A model generated the notes under the pieces. That model was not told the DNA's origin. It searched no databases and worked only from the letters and a program-made list of their open reading frames with translations. From the NCBI RefSeq assembly GCF_006345805.1, contig NC_042998.1:193502001-193566000 (forward strand): DNA of 64,000 bases. Direction: 5' to 3'. The position numbers and the translations under genes were made by a program. This DNA comes from Octopus sinensis. Taxonomy: Eukaryota. Positions 63,421 to 64,000 of this stretch are shown piece by piece. How positions within the stretch are numbered: position 1 is the first letter of the stretch; each line of letters opens with the position of its first letter.

Positions 63421-63644
63421 TAATTGATAATGTAATGATGGATACATAATGACATTTCAAATAAAAAAAAAAAGAAACGCCATTCGATCACAGGACGCCT
63501 TTAATCATAAAAGTGTTTAATCAACATTAATTAGTTGATAAGCCATAAGAACCATTATTCTGGGATTTAGGGAAAGATTCAAATCAATAACATGAAAGTT
63601 CACCGATTCATTCAGAAGCAACCTATATCTGGAGATGCATTGAT

Positions 63645-64000
63645 ATATATAAACTTAGATAAACTTAGATATGTTTCGACCAAACATTGGTCCAGGCCAT
63701 GTCTAACTTAATAGCACCGCCTGATAGGATTATCTGAATCCTGTTTAAGTCAAGTTTTGTTTATGGTCCATTCAAGTAGTGAGATTTTGTTGGGTGAGTT
63801 GTATCCAATTATGGGTGGCTTATCTGGTATTCCTTGAAGGAATCTATCCAGACTCCGTTTAAAGTTGATGGGATCCTTTTCTTCTTTGATCTCTTTTGGG
63901 ACAATGTTAAATAAGGCAGGGCCTGTTGAGGAAAAGAAATTATGTTGCAGTGTACATGTATGATGTGATCTGAATTGGGCAGGGGACGTATGGCCCGTGG
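63645..64000 (-). pseudogene. CR1 LINE 3' end (RT C-terminus and UTR), runs off the window
   Basis: FSSTGPALFNIVPKEIKEEKDPINFKRSLDRFLQGIPDKPPIIGY..SLLEW (stop 63750-63752). Tail (ATCTAAGTTT)2. Confidence 0.88.

Noticed and set aside
63645-63715. Half-hammerhead GACCA-ATGTT-TGGTC-GAAAC in the CR1 3' UTR
   Set aside because: There is no CUGANGA core 5' of the stem. It is better explained as the LINE 3' stem-loop.

Overview
AT-rich eukaryotic non-coding DNA (intergenic or deep intronic), dense in microsatellites and decayed transposable elements. The repeat complement (three abundant tRNA-headed SINE types, Dong/R4 LINEs, very long (ATAC)n, (GATA)n and (AAT)n arrays) resembles Octopus genomic DNA; this taxon call is an inference from recalled repeats, not a search result. 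I found no intact host CDS. Almost all long ORFs in the track are microsatellite read-throughs, and the real protein signal comes from TE relics: a mariner transposase N-terminus, CR1 PHD/CCCH/APE/RT pieces, RTE RT, the Dong/R4 restriction-like endonuclease and Penelope-type C-termini. One weak candidate host exon lies at 31295-31359. The main observations are: (1) several unrelated Penelope-like termini carrying minimal type-I hammerhead ribozyme motifs, best at 12265-12310, 43252-43289 and 2065-2111, two with inversion junctions at the ribozyme and two with C at core position 4; (2) a Dong/R4 LINE family whose 3' UTR holds an expandable (ATAC)n tract ahead of a conserved ~110-bp terminal module, which may account for several of the longest (ATAC)n arrays; (3) four Merlin-like MITEs (GG termini, 8-bp TSDs) carrying telomere-type (TTAGGG)n and a G4 motif; (4) an unassigned ~235-bp duplicate pair with synonymous-biased divergence; (5) a 5'/5' fold-back mariner. 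All coordinates were read by eye and may be off by a few bases. SINE-A/B/C/D are my working labels, not database names.
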